From: Candidatus Micrarchaeota archaeon
Lineage (GTDB): Archaea > B1Sed10-29 > JAJRYS01
Direction: 5' to 3'
DNA: 64,000 bases
NCBI GenBank assembly: GCA_964643685.1
Contig: CAZXTN010000001.1
Coordinates: 118,737 to 182,736 of the forward strand
In this document: piece after piece, positions 1-11,570 of the stretch
How the letters are laid out: each line of letters opens with the position of its first letter
Numbering within the stretch: position 1 is the stretch's first letter
Program-made: the position numbers and the translations under genes
Notes under the pieces: generated by a model
What the model was told of the DNA's origin: nothing
Database searches by the model: none
What the model saw: the letters and a program-made list of their open reading frames with translations, nothing else

Positions 1-1671
1 AGACCATTAAAAACCCTATTCCAAAGACTCAAAGGAAAAGAAGGAAGATTCAGGTGGAACCTTTCTGGAAAAAGGGTAAACTTCTCAGCAAGAACAGTAA
101 TATCCCCAGACCCAAACATATCAATAGAAGAAGTAGGAGTACCACAACAAATAGCAGAAGAATTAACAGTCCCAGTAATGGTAACAGAATGGAACAAAGA
201 ACAAATAAAAAAAATAATAAAAAGCGATGAATACCCAAAAGCAAACTACGTAATAAGACCAGACGGCAGAAGAAAAAAAGTAACAGAACTAAACAAAGAA
301 GAAATAATAGAAGAACTAGACATAGGCTACATAGTTGAAAGGCAACTAATGGACGGAGACATAACAATATTCAACAGGCAACCATCACTACACAGAGTAT
401 CAATGATGGGACACAAAGTAAAAGTACTGCCAGGCAAAACATTCAGACTAAACGACGCAGTAGCAAAACCATACAACGCGGACTTCGACGGAGACGAAAT
501 GAACCTACACGTCCCACAAACAATAGAAGCACAAATAGAAACAGAAAAACTAATGGCAGTAAGCAAAAACATAATCTCAATAAGACAAGGAACACCAGAC
601 ATATCAGCAAACCAAGACCACATAACAGGAGCACACCTACTAACAAGAGAAGGAACCTACTTTGACAAAAAAACAACAGAATGGCTACTATCAGCAGTAG
701 GAGTAAAAGAACTGCCAAAACCAGTGTCAAAAAACAAATACGCTGGAAAAGACATCTTCTCAATGATAATACCAAAAGAAATAAACCTGAAATACAAATC
801 AAAAATAGGAGAAATAGTCGAAATAAAAAACGGACAAATAGTAAAAGGAACAATGGAAGGACAAGGACTAAAAAACAACTTAATACTTGAAATAATAAAC
901 AAAAAAGGACCAGAAGCAGCAAGAAAATTCATAGACCAATCAACAAAACTAGCACTATACGCAATAGTTCAAGAAGGATACACAATAGGATTATACGACT
1001 ACGAATTGTCAGAAAAAGCACTAAAACAAACAGGAGAAATACTAACAAAAGCAGAAAAAGAAGTAGACAAATTAATAGAAAAATACAAACAAGGAAAACT
1101 TGAAAGAATGCCAGGAAAAACAACAGAAGAAACACTAGAAGACTTAATCATGCAAGTCCTATCACAAGCAAGAACAGACGCAGGAAACATAGCAGGAGAA
1201 GACATGGGCATAAAGAACCCAGCAGTGTTAATGGGAAAAGCAGGCGTAAGAGGAAACATGCTAAACGTAACACAAATGACAGCATGCGTAGGACAAACAG
1301 CACTAAGAGGAAAAAGAATACTAAGAGGATACAGAAAAAAAGCACTCCCATACTTCAAAGAAGGAGACATCTCAGCAAAAGCAAGAGGGTTCATAAGAAG
1401 CTCATACGTAGAAGGGCTCAACCCAATTGAATACTACTTCCACTCAATGTCAGGAAGAGACGGACTAGTAGACAAAGGAATCAACACATCAAGATCAGGA
1501 TACATGCAAAGAAGACTAGTAAACGCAATGATAGACCTCTCACTAAAAGAAGACATGACAGTAAGAAACGCAGCAGGAACAATAATACAATTCACATACG
1601 GAGAAGACGGAGTAAATCCGCAAAAAACAAAAACACAAAAAGCAATAAAAGTAGAAAAATTCCTTCAATGA
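1..1671 (+). CDS. rpoA1: DNA-directed RNA polymerase subunit A' (C-terminal portion; 5' end lies outside window)
   Basis: Open in frame from nt 1; translation KGKEGRFRWNLSGKRVNFSARTVISPDPN... matches the conserved Rpb1/A' region; stops 3 nt before A''. Confidence 0.9.
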   Translation, partial: RPLKTLFQRLKGKEGRFRWNLSGKRVNFSARTVISPDPNISIEEVGVPQQIAEELTVPVMVTEWNKEQIKKIIKSDEYPKANYVIRPDGRRKKVTELNKEEIIEELDIGYIVERQLMDGDITIFNRQPSLHRVSMMGHKVKVLPGKTFRLNDAVAKPYNADFDGDEMNLHVPQTIEAQIETEKLMAVSKNIISIRQGTPDISANQDHITGAHLLTREGTYFDKKTTEWLLSAVGVKELPKPVSKNKYAGKDIFSMIIPKEINLKYKSKIGEIVEIKNGQIVKGTMEGQGLKNNLILEIINKKGPEAARKFIDQSTKLALYAIVQEGYTIGLYDYELSEKALKQTGEILTKAEKEVDKLIEKYKQGKLERMPGKTTEETLEDLIMQVLSQARTDAGNIAGEDMGIKNPAVLMGKAGVRGNMLNVTQMTACVGQTALRGKRILRGYRKKALPYFKEGDISAKARGFIRSSYVEGLNPIEYYFHSMSGRDGLVDKGINTSRSGYMQRRLVNAMIDLSLKEDMTVRNAAGTIIQFTYGEDGVNPQKTKTQKAIKVEKFLQ

Positions 1672-2811
<1,140 letters not shown>

Positions 2812-2830
2812 AAAAACAAAGGGATAAAAA

Positions 2831-3136
2831 ATGGACATCACAACAGCAATCAAAAGAATACTAAAAACAGGAAAAGTAGAATACGGCAGCAAAAAAGCAA
2901 TAGAAAACACACTAACAGGAAAAGCAAAAGCAGTGATAATAGCTGAAAACTGCCCAAAAAACACAAAAGAAGACCTAGAAACGTACACAAAGCAAGCAAG
3001 CATACCCCTAATAAAATACCCTGGAACAGCACTTGAACTAGGAGAAGTATGCGGAAGACCCCACTTAATCGCAAGCATAACAATAATAAACGAAGGAGAC
3101 GTTGACATCAAAAAACTAACAGAGGAAAAACCATGA
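2831..3136 (+). CDS. rpl30e: ribosomal protein L30e
   Basis: 101 aa, L30e/L7Ae-fold sequence, canonical position after rpoA2. Confidence 0.85.
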   Translation: MDITTAIKRILKTGKVEYGSKKAIENTLTGKAKAVIIAENCPKNTKEDLETYTKQASIPLIKYPGTALELGEVCGRPHLIASITIINEGDVDIKKLTEEKP

Positions 3137-3543
3137 TAAAATACACTCAAGAAGAAATACAACTAATAAACCACTTCGAAAAAGAAACAAGAACAACAGT
3201 AAAAGACTGCATAATAACACCTGAAAACATAACATTCATAGTAAAAAAAGGAGAGATAGGACAAGCAGTCGGAAAAAACGGCTCAATAATAAAAAAAATA
3301 AAACAAAAAATAGGAAAAGAAATAAACGTATACGAACACTCAGACAAACCAGAAGAATTCATAAAAAACCTTCTGTTTCCAGTAAAGATTAAAAACACAG
3401 AAATACAAAACAACACAGCAACAGTTAAAGTCGAAAAACAAGATAAAAAAAGAGCAATAGGAAAAGAAGGAAAAAAAATAAAAAAAGTAAAAGAAATAAT
3501 AAAAAGACACTACCCAAACATAACAGAAATAAAAATAATATGA
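3133..3543 (+). CDS. nusA: NusA-like KH-domain transcription termination/antitermination protein
   Basis: Two KH GXXG motifs (GKNGS, GKEGK); conserved position between L30e and S12. Confidence 0.8.
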   Translation: MIKYTQEEIQLINHFEKETRTTVKDCIITPENITFIVKKGEIGQAVGKNGSIIKKIKQKIGKEINVYEHSDKPEEFIKNLLFPVKIKNTEIQNNTATVKVEKQDKKRAIGKEGKKIKKVKEIIKRHYPNITEIKII

Positions 3544-3562
3544 AAAAGAGGATGAAAAAAAC

Positions 3563-3991
3563 ATGCCAGGAGAATTCGCAGCAAAAAAACTAGCAGATGA
3601 CAGGCAACACTTCAGATGGAAAGATGTAAGATACCAGAAAAGAAAAAGAAGAGAAAGACACAAGGATACAGACCCATTAGAAGGAGCGCCACAAGCAAAA
3701 GGAATAGTAGTAGAAAAAAAAGGAGTAGAACAAAAACAGCCACACTCAGGAATAATAAAAGCAGTAAGAGTACAACTACTAAAAAACGGTAAGACAGTAA
3801 CAGCACACGTACCAAGAGACGGAGCAATTAAATTCATAGACGAACACGACGAAGTACTAATAGAAGGACTAGGAGGCTCACAAGGAGGAGCAATAGGTTC
3901 AATGTGGGGAATCAAATACAAAGTAGTCAAAGTAAACGGAGTATCACTAGAAGAACTGAGAAAAGGAAAGAAAGAAAAAGCAAAAAGGTAA
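3563..3991 (+). CDS. rps12: ribosomal protein S12
   Basis: Sequence similarity to S12/S23e (PKKPNSA-like core); synteny. Confidence 0.9.
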   Translation: MPGEFAAKKLADDRQHFRWKDVRYQKRKRRERHKDTDPLEGAPQAKGIVVEKKGVEQKQPHSGIIKAVRVQLLKNGKTVTAHVPRDGAIKFIDEHDEVLIEGLGGSQGGAIGSMWGIKYKVVKVNGVSLEELRKGKKEKAKR

Positions 3992-4018
3992 GTAACTAAA
4001 AAAAGGAAAGGATGACAA

Positions 4019-4624
4019 ATGACACAACATGAACTCATATTCGGAAAATGGGAATCAAAAGCAAAAATAACAGACCCTGGAATAAGAAGATACTTGAATC
4101 TCGACGCAAGAATAGTGCTACACAATCAAGGAAGACACGCTAAAAAAACATTCGGAAAAACAAAAGTCCACATAGTAGAAAGACTCATAAACTCCTTAAT
4201 GAGAGGAGGAACAGGCAGAAAAATAGGCGGAAAAGTAATCAGAGGCAGAGGAGGAACAGGAAAAAAAACAAAAATGCATGAAATAACAAAAAAAGCCTTT
4301 GAAATAATACACACAAAAACAAAACAAAACCCAGTAGAAGTGCTAGTAAAAGCAATAGAAAACGCTGCTCCAAGAGAAGAAACAACAAGAGTAAAATACG
4401 GAGGAGCAATCCAACACTTACCAGTAGACATAGCACCACAAAGAAGAATCGACTTCGCATTAAGAAACATTGCAAGAGCAGTGGCAATAAAATCATTCGA
4501 CACCAAAAAAACAGCAGAAGAAGCACTAGCAGAAGAACTAATCCTAGCTTCAAAAAACGAGCCAAGCTCAAACGCAATAGCAAAAAAAATAGAAGTTGAA
4601 AGAATAGCAAAATCAAGCAGGTAA
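4019..4624 (+). CDS. rps7: ribosomal protein S7
   Basis: S7/S5e family sequence; synteny. Confidence 0.9.
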   Translation: MTQHELIFGKWESKAKITDPGIRRYLNLDARIVLHNQGRHAKKTFGKTKVHIVERLINSLMRGGTGRKIGGKVIRGRGGTGKKTKMHEITKKAFEIIHTKTKQNPVEVLVKAIENAAPREETTRVKYGGAIQHLPVDIAPQRRIDFALRNIARAVAIKSFDTKKTAEEALAEELILASKNEPSSNAIAKKIEVERIAKSSR

Positions 4625-4685
4625 AACTAAAAAAAAACAACAAAAACATGATTTTTCAAATTAAAAAAAAAGAGGATGTTGAATT

Positions 4686-6878
4686 ATGGGAAGAAAAGAA
4701 CAAATGGCTGAAAAAGTGCACAAAATAATGCACGAACAAGAAAAAATAAGAAACATGGCAATAGTAGCACACATCGACCACGGAAAAACAACACTATCAG
4801 ACAACTTAATAGCAGGAGCAGGCTTAATGAGCCAAGAACTAGCAGGCTCAGAAAGAGCAATGGACTCCTACGAACTAGAAGCAGAAAGAGGAATCACAAT
4901 CTTCTCAGCCAACATCTCAATGGTCTACCCATATAAAAACAACGAATACCTCGTGAACTTGATAGACACTCCAGGACACGTTGACTTCGGAGGAGGAGTA
5001 ACAAGAGCAATGAGAGCAGTAGACGGAGCAATCGTCGTCGCCTGCGCAGTAGAAGGAGTAATGCCACAAACAGAAACAGTACTAAGACAAGCACTAAAAG
5101 AAAAAGTAAAACCAGTGCTATACATAAACAAAGTAGACAGGGCAATAAATGAACTGCAAATAAGCCCAGAAGAATTACAAAAAAGATTCGTCAAAATCAT
5201 AGCAAAAGTAAACAACTTAATAAAAAAATACGCCATCGGCGACTTGAAAGAAAAATGGCAAGTCAGCGTAAAAGACGGTTCAGTTGCATTCGGAAGCGCT
5301 TACCACAACTGGGCATTATCAGCACCAGTAATGCAAGAAACAGGAATAGGATTCAAAGAAGTATACGAACACTGCCAAAACGACACACAAAAAGAACTAG
5401 CTAAAAAAATACCAGGATACAAGGCAATCCTAGACATGGCAATAAAACACCTACCAAACCCAATAGAAGCACAAAAATACAGAATACCAAACATATGGGC
5501 AGGAGACAAAGAATCAGAGATAGGAAAAGACATGCTAACATGCAACAAAAACGGAAAAACAGCTTTAATGATAACAAGCATATCAATAGACCCACAAGCA
5601 GGAGAAATAGCAACAGCAAGAGTCTACTCAGGAACCTTGAAAAAAGGACAAAAACTACATTTAATAAACTCAGTAAGAGACGCTGCAATACAACAAATAG
5701 GAATATACATGAACGACGGAAGAATCCAAGTACCAGACATACCAGCTGGAAACATAGCAGCAATAATAGGATTAAAAGACGCATTCGCAGGAGAAACAGC
5801 AGCAGAAGAAAAAATAGAACCATTCGAATCAATCAAACACTACTCAGAACCAGTAGTCACAAAATCAATCGAAGCAAAAAACCCAAAAGACCTGCCAAAA
5901 CTAATAGAAGCATTAAGACAAGTAGCAAAAGAAGACCCAACAGTAAAAGTGCAAATCAACGAAGAAACAGGAGAACACCTCCTATCAGGAATGGGAGAAC
6001 TCCACTTAGAAATACTTGAACACGTAATAAGAAAAGACAAAGGAGTAGACATTGAAACATCAAACCCAATCGTAGTATACAGAGAAAGCTCAAACAAACT
6101 AGGAGACGAAGTAGAAGGAAAATCACCAAACAAACACAACAAATTCTACCTAACAGCAGAACCACTCTCAGACAACATATACAACGCAATAGTAGAAGGT
6201 GAAATACCAGAAGGAAAAATCAAAAACCCAAAAGAACTAGCAGAAAAACTAAGAAACTTAGGAATGGACAAAGACCAAGCAAAAAAAGTATGGCACGTTT
6301 ACAACCATTGCATGATAATAGACGTTTCAAAAGGAGTACAAAACCTGCATGAAACAAGAGAACTAGTGATACAAGCATTCAAAGAAGCAATGGACGCAGG
6401 GCCACTAGCAAAAGAAAAATGCACAAAAGTACTAATCAAACTACACGACGCAGTCCTACACGAAGACGCAGTACACAGAGGACCATCACAAGTAATACCA
6501 GCAGTAAAAAGAGCAATACTCGCAGCAATACTAAAATCAGACGCAGTGCTCCTAGAACCAAAGCAAAAACTATTCATCTCAGTACCACAGGATTACATGG
6601 GAGCAGTTACAAACGACATACAAGGAAGAAGAGGACAAATCCTCGAAATGAACCAAGAAGAAGACGCACTAACAATCCAAGCAAAAGTACCAGTAGCAGA
6701 AATGTTCGGATTCGCAGCAGCAATCAGATCAACAACACAAGGAAGAGCACTCTGGTCAACAGAATACGCTGGATTTGAAAAAGTACCAAAACAACTGCAA
6801 CCTCAAATAATAAAACAAATCAGAGAAAGGAAGGGACTAAAACCAGAACCACCAACAGCACAAGACTTCCTATCATAA
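4686..6878 (+). CDS. fusA: translation elongation factor 2 (aEF-2)
   Basis: GTPase motifs [17 protein letters not shown]; 730 aa; no intein-sized insertion. Confidence 0.95.
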   Translation: MGRKEQMAEKVHKIMHEQEKIRNMAIVAHIDHGKTTLSDNLIAGAGLMSQELAGSERAMDSYELEAERGITIFSANISMVYPYKNNEYLVNLIDTPGHVDFGGGVTRAMRAVDGAIVVACAVEGVMPQTETVLRQALKEKVKPVLYINKVDRAINELQISPEELQKRFVKIIAKVNNLIKKYAIGDLKEKWQVSVKDGSVAFGSAYHNWALSAPVMQETGIGFKEVYEHCQNDTQKELAKKIPGYKAILDMAIKHLPNPIEAQKYRIPNIWAGDKESEIGKDMLTCNKNGKTALMITSISIDPQAGEIATARVYSGTLKKGQKLHLINSVRDAAIQQIGIYMNDGRIQVPDIPAGNIAAIIGLKDAFAGETAAEEKIEPFESIKHYSEPVVTKSIEAKNPKDLPKLIEALRQVAKEDPTVKVQINEETGEHLLSGMGELHLEILEHVIRKDKGVDIETSNPIVVYRESSNKLGDEVEGKSPNKHNKFYLTAEPLSDNIYNAIVEGEIPEGKIKNPKELAEKLRNLGMDKDQAKKVWHVYNHCMIIDVSKGVQNLHETRELVIQAFKEAMDAGPLAKEKCTKVLIKLHDAVLHEDAVHRGPSQVIPAVKRAILAAILKSDAVLLEPKQKLFISVPQDYMGAVTNDIQGRRGQILEMNQEEDALTIQAKVPVAEMFGFAAAIRSTTQGRALWSTEYAGFEKVPKQLQPQIIKQIRERKGLKPEPPTAQDFLS

Positions 6879-6921
6879 AAATAATATTAACATATGTTAT
6901 AAAAAAACGGAGGTAAAAGCC

Positions 6922-8193
<1,272 letters not shown>

Positions 8194-8204
8194 AAAACCC
8201 ATGA

Positions 8205-8231
8205 AAAGGAGGTTATTTAAACCTCCTCTTT
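8205..8231 (+). terminator. hairpin (GGAGGTT-ATTTA-AACCTCC) followed by T-rich run downstream of tuf
   Basis: Perfect 7-bp inverted repeat read directly; located 12 nt after tuf stop. Confidence 0.35.
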
Positions 8232-8278
8232 CAAAAAAAATAAACACTTAAAAAAAATAAACCGGTGAAAAAAACAAC

Positions 8279-8593
8279 ATGAGCCAAATAGCAAGCATAA
8301 AACTAGTAAGCCCAGAATACACAAAACTACAGAAAGTAAGCGAAGAAATAAAAGACATAGCTAAAAGAACAGGCGCAAAAGTAAAAGGGCCAATACCACT
8401 GCCAACAAAAAAACTAGTCATACCAACAATGAAATCACCATGCGGAGACGGCTCAAAAACATGGGAAAAATGGCAAATGAGAGTACACAAAAGACTCATC
8501 AACATCGTAGCAGACGAAAGAACACTAAGACAAATAATGAGAATACAAGTCCCAGACCAAGTGCACATCGAAATTGAACTAAAATCAGAATAA
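8279..8593 (+). CDS. rps10: ribosomal protein S10
   Basis: S10/S20e family; follows tuf as in archaea. Confidence 0.9.
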   Translation: MSQIASIKLVSPEYTKLQKVSEEIKDIAKRTGAKVKGPIPLPTKKLVIPTMKSPCGDGSKTWEKWQMRVHKRLINIVADERTLRQIMRIQVPDQVHIEIELKSE

Positions 8594-8642
8594 AAAAAAA
8601 CACAAACTAATTCTTTAAAAAAACAGAAAAGAACAAGCTAAT

Positions 8643-8654
8643 TCTTTATAAACT
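8643..8654 (+). promoter_or_regulatory. archaeal BRE/TATA-like box (TCTTTATAAAC) ~28 nt upstream of tRNA-Ser
   Basis: Matches recurring motif (C/G)TTTATAAA also seen at 11365, 27913, 35014, 45537. Confidence 0.5.
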
Positions 8655-8682
8655 TCAAATAACATTTAGTATTAACATCAAT

Positions 8683-8810
8683 GCAGAGGTGGCAGAGTGG
8701 TAATGCGCTGGTTCACTTTCGCTCGGCGAAATGAACGACTGAACGGAGTGAGGCGAGTCTTGAAAACCAGTGTCCTCCGGGGCGCTAGGGTTCAAATCCC
8801 TACCTCTGCG
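8683..8810 (+). tRNA. tRNA-Ser (anticodon TGA) with a 46-nt intron (8713-8758) at a non-canonical position (31/32 or 32/33); class II long variable arm; T-loop TTCAAAT; CCA not encoded
   Basis: Acceptor GCAGAGG/CCTCTGC+G, anticodon stem CTGGT/ACCAG, spliced loop CTTGAAA, T-stem TAGGG/CCCTA parsed by hand. Confidence 0.7.
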
Positions 8811-8849
8811 CTTTACTTTTATAATTTTACAGATTAAGTTGGTTACAAA

Positions 8850-8921
8850 ATGAAATCAATCGCAAATAAAAGACATGAAGGCTCAAACTTTCATTTTTTA
8901 TCTGTGAAAATGGATGGTTAA
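8850..8921 (+). CDS. conserved small ORF (23 aa, MKSIANKRHEGSNFHFLSVKMDG), paralogous to 35725-35802; may alternatively be a structured RNA motif
   Basis: First 17 nt identical in both copies; differences are mostly synonymous/conservative; stop lies 5 nt before the Nudix ATG at 8926. Confidence 0.4.
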   Translation: MKSIANKRHEGSNFHFLSVKMDG

Positions 8922-9381
8922 AAAAATGAAATACGAGTTGTTCAGAACATTTTTGAAAATCTGCAGGCACGAGTTTCCATTAGTAGGCGCAACTGCAATA
9001 ATAACAAACAAGAAAAAAGAAGTGCTGTTAAGTAGAAGGAAAAAAAGCGGGTTGTTTTATCCTGGTTATTGGAACCTCCCAGGGGGCTTGATTGAAATAG
9101 GAGAAACAGCAACAAAAGCCCTTAAAAGAGAAGTAAAAGAAGAGATAGGAGTAGACATAAAAGTGAAAAAATACACTGGAAGGTATTATGAAAAAAATTT
9201 AATTAGAAACAAGAAAATATATTCTACAATTACCCTTCCTTTCTACGCAGAGATAATAAGAGGAGTTCCAAAACCGCTTGACGAAACAATTGACGTGAAA
9301 TGGTTCAAACCAAGCGAAATAAGAAAAATGAAATTAGCTTACAATCATAAGGAAATATTAAAAGACGAAAAAATAATTTAA
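8914..9381 (+). CDS. Nudix hydrolase
   Basis: Nudix box GGLIEIGETATKALKREVKEEIG (GX5EX7REUXEEXGU); start could be ATG 8914 or 8926. Confidence 0.8.
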   Translation: MVKKMKYELFRTFLKICRHEFPLVGATAIITNKKKEVLLSRRKKSGLFYPGYWNLPGGLIEIGETATKALKREVKEEIGVDIKVKKYTGRYYEKNLIRNKKIYSTITLPFYAEIIRGVPKPLDETIDVKWFKPSEIRKMKLAYNHKEILKDEKII

Positions 9382-9415
9382 AGGATATAAAAATGTATGA
9401 ACTTTTTGAACACAA

Positions 9416-9437
9416 GCAAACAAACTTGTTTGTTTGC
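9416..9437. other. perfect palindrome GCAAACAAAC-TT-GTTTGTTTGC (10-bp stem) in the Nudix-archease spacer
   Basis: Read directly; flanked by imperfect 22-nt direct repeat of the archease start. Confidence 0.6.
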
Positions 9438-9463
9438 GGTGTCGAATAATGAGGGATAAGGTT

Positions 9464-9877
9464 ATGTACGAATTATTCGAACACACGGCTGACATAGGCG
9501 TGCGCGGATATGGAAAAACAATTGAAGAAGCATTTGAAGAAACAGCAAAAGCAATGACATCAATACTAGTAGACCTGGACACAATCGAAGAAAAAAAGAC
9601 AATTAAAATAGAAGCAGAAGCAGACACCCCTGAAGAACTTCTATTCGAATGGCTGAATGAAATACTAGCACAAATAGACATTGAAGGGATGATATTTAAA
9701 AAATTCAAAATAACAAAACTAAAAAACAACAAGCTGGAAGCAGAGTTGACAGGCGAACAACTTTCACCTGAAAAACACCACACTAAAACGCAAGTAAAAG
9801 CAGCTACTTATTCACAGCTAAAAGTATACAAAGATGAAAACGGGCGCTGGATAAGCCAATGCATCGTAGACGTCTAA
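9464..9877 (+). CDS. archease (RtcB activator)
   Basis: N-terminus MYELFEHTADIGVRGYG typical of archease; ORF track starts at TTG 9434 but conserved start is ATG 9464. Confidence 0.85.
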   Translation: MYELFEHTADIGVRGYGKTIEEAFEETAKAMTSILVDLDTIEEKKTIKIEAEADTPEELLFEWLNEILAQIDIEGMIFKKFKITKLKNNKLEAELTGEQLSPEKHHTKTQVKAATYSQLKVYKDENGRWISQCIVDV

Positions 9878-9910
9878 AAAAAATCAAAAAAATTGGAGGT
9901 GTGCGGAAGT

Positions 9911-11344
9911 ATGGACTTAGCACAATTAAACAAAATATCAGAATACGAATGGGAAATAGAGCAAACAGGAAACATGAACGTACCTGGAAAAATATTCGCT
10001 TCACAGTCACTAGTTGAAGCAATGGGAGACAAGGTAAAAGAACAGATTCAAAACGTGGCCCAATTGCCAGGAATACAAAAAGCAGCAATGGCAATGCCAG
10101 ACGCCCACTGGGGCTACGGGTTCCCAATAGGAGGAGTAGCAGCATTTGACCCTGAAGAAGGAGGAGTCATCTGCATGGGAGGAGTTGGCTACGACATCTC
10201 ATGCGGAGTAAGGACACTTAAAACAAACATGACACTGGAGGAAATACAGCCTTACTTAGAGCCGCTAGCAGATGAATTATTTAAAACAGTACCAGCAGGG
10301 CTCGGAGTGCATGGAAAAATAAAATTAAACGTCGAGCAATTAGATGAAGTTTTAGTAAACGGAGCAGAATGGGTTATTGAAAAAGGATATGGCTTAGAAG
10401 AAGACTTGGAATACACTGAAGAAAGGGGAAAAATGGGAGGAGCAGACCCAACAAAAGTTTCATACAAAGCAAAAAAAAGACAATTTAAAGAGATAGGAAC
10501 ACTCGGCTCAGGAAACCATTACCTAGAAATACAATACGTTGATGAAATCTATGATGAAAAAATAGCAAAAATGTATGGATTGGAAAAAAACCAAATAGTA
10601 ATTTCACTGCATTGCGGTTCAAGAGCACTCGGACACCAAATAGGAGTTGATTACACAAAAACGCTGACAGAAGCAGCTGAAAAATACAAGCTAAATCTAC
10701 CAGACAAAGAATTGGCAGCAGCTCCAATCAACTCGCCAGAAGGACAAGATTACTACGCTGCAATGAAAGCAGGAGTAAACACAGCACTTGCAAACAGGCA
10801 AGTGATAGGTCACTTGGCAAGAACAGCATTTGAAAAAATAGTTCCAAACAGCGAAGTAAAAATGTTCTATGACATTTCACACAACACATGCAAAGAAGAA
10901 GAACATGTGATCGGCAACAAGAAAAAGAAATTATTCGTGCACAGGAAAGGGGCGACAAGAGCATTCGGCCCAGGCAGAAAAGAACTGCCAAAAAAATACA
11001 TGCAAGCAGGACAGCCAGTATTAATAGGCGGAACAATGGGAACATCTTCTTTCATTTTAGCTGGAACAGAAGAAGGAACTGAAAAAACATTCGGAAGCGC
11101 CTGCCACGGAGCAGGGAGAGGAATGAGCAGGAAACAAGCTAAAAAACAATTCCACGGAGAAAGCATAGTAAGCCAGTTGAAACAGCAGCAGAAGATAATA
11201 GTAAAAGCCCATTCAGCAGCAGGAGTAGCTGAAGAAGCGCCAGGAGCTTATAAGAATGTAGAGGAAGTGGTAAATTCCGTGCATTACACTGGCTTAGCTA
11301 AAAAAATAATCCGCTTAAAGCCACTAATAAACATTAAAGGATGA
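9911..11344 (+). CDS. rtcB: RNA-splicing (tRNA) ligase RtcB
   Basis: RtcB motifs (PDAHWGYG, GSGNHY, CHGAGR); GGAGGTG SD 9 nt upstream of ATG 9911; no intein. Confidence 0.9.
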   Translation: MDLAQLNKISEYEWEIEQTGNMNVPGKIFASQSLVEAMGDKVKEQIQNVAQLPGIQKAAMAMPDAHWGYGFPIGGVAAFDPEEGGVICMGGVGYDISCGVRTLKTNMTLEEIQPYLEPLADELFKTVPAGLGVHGKIKLNVEQLDEVLVNGAEWVIEKGYGLEEDLEYTEERGKMGGADPTKVSYKAKKRQFKEIGTLGSGNHYLEIQYVDEIYDEKIAKMYGLEKNQIVISLHCGSRALGHQIGVDYTKTLTEAAEKYKLNLPDKELAAAPINSPEGQDYYAAMKAGVNTALANRQVIGHLARTAFEKIVPNSEVKMFYDISHNTCKEEEHVIGNKKKKLFVHRKGATRAFGPGRKELPKKYMQAGQPVLIGGTMGTSSFILAGTEEGTEKTFGSACHGAGRGMSRKQAKKQFHGESIVSQLKQQQKIIVKAHSAAGVAEEAPGAYKNVEEVVNSVHYTGLAKKIIRLKPLINIKG

Positions 11345-11364
11345 AAAGCAGAAAGTAACAATAA

Positions 11365-11376
11365 CCTTTATAAATA
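11365..11376 (+). promoter_or_regulatory. BRE/TATA-like box CCTTTATAAATA in the 226-nt spacer upstream of rpl3
   Basis: Shared motif aaCCTTTATAAA. Confidence 0.45.
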
Positions 11377-11570
11377 AGTCGGATTACAAATTATAACACC
11401 TACTTATGGTAAAACATGGTAGTCCGGCACTTTAAGGTTGTTTATTTTTTAAACCTGAGGCGTATTTTTCAAAACGCTTGAATTTCAAAACTAGCAAGCT
11501 TCATGCTTACAAAAAATTAACTCAAAAAAAATCAAAGCATTGAATTAAAATTAATTGGTGAAAAAATCAA

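Noticed and set aside
50-367. Minus-strand ORFs rich in Leu/Phe/Cys (e.g. 50-367, 443-922, 1964-2260, 15523-16566, 15840-16169, 25305-25844) antisense to r-protein genes
   Set aside because: Artefacts of the extreme A-richness of the + coding strand (T-rich antisense gives L/F-rich ORFs); no start context, and they overlap confidently assigned genes.
5495-6019. Highly basic R/N/K-rich alternative-frame ORFs inside fusA, tuf, rpl4 and others (e.g. 5495-6019, 6419-6778, 12867-13313)
   Set aside because: Off-frame translations of A-rich coding sequence; they lie within conserved genes.
8607-8648. Direct repeat CTAATTCTTTA x2 upstream of tRNA-Ser as a CRISPR-like or mobile-element repeat
   Set aside because: Only two copies, each containing a TATA-like core; most simply a duplicated promoter element.
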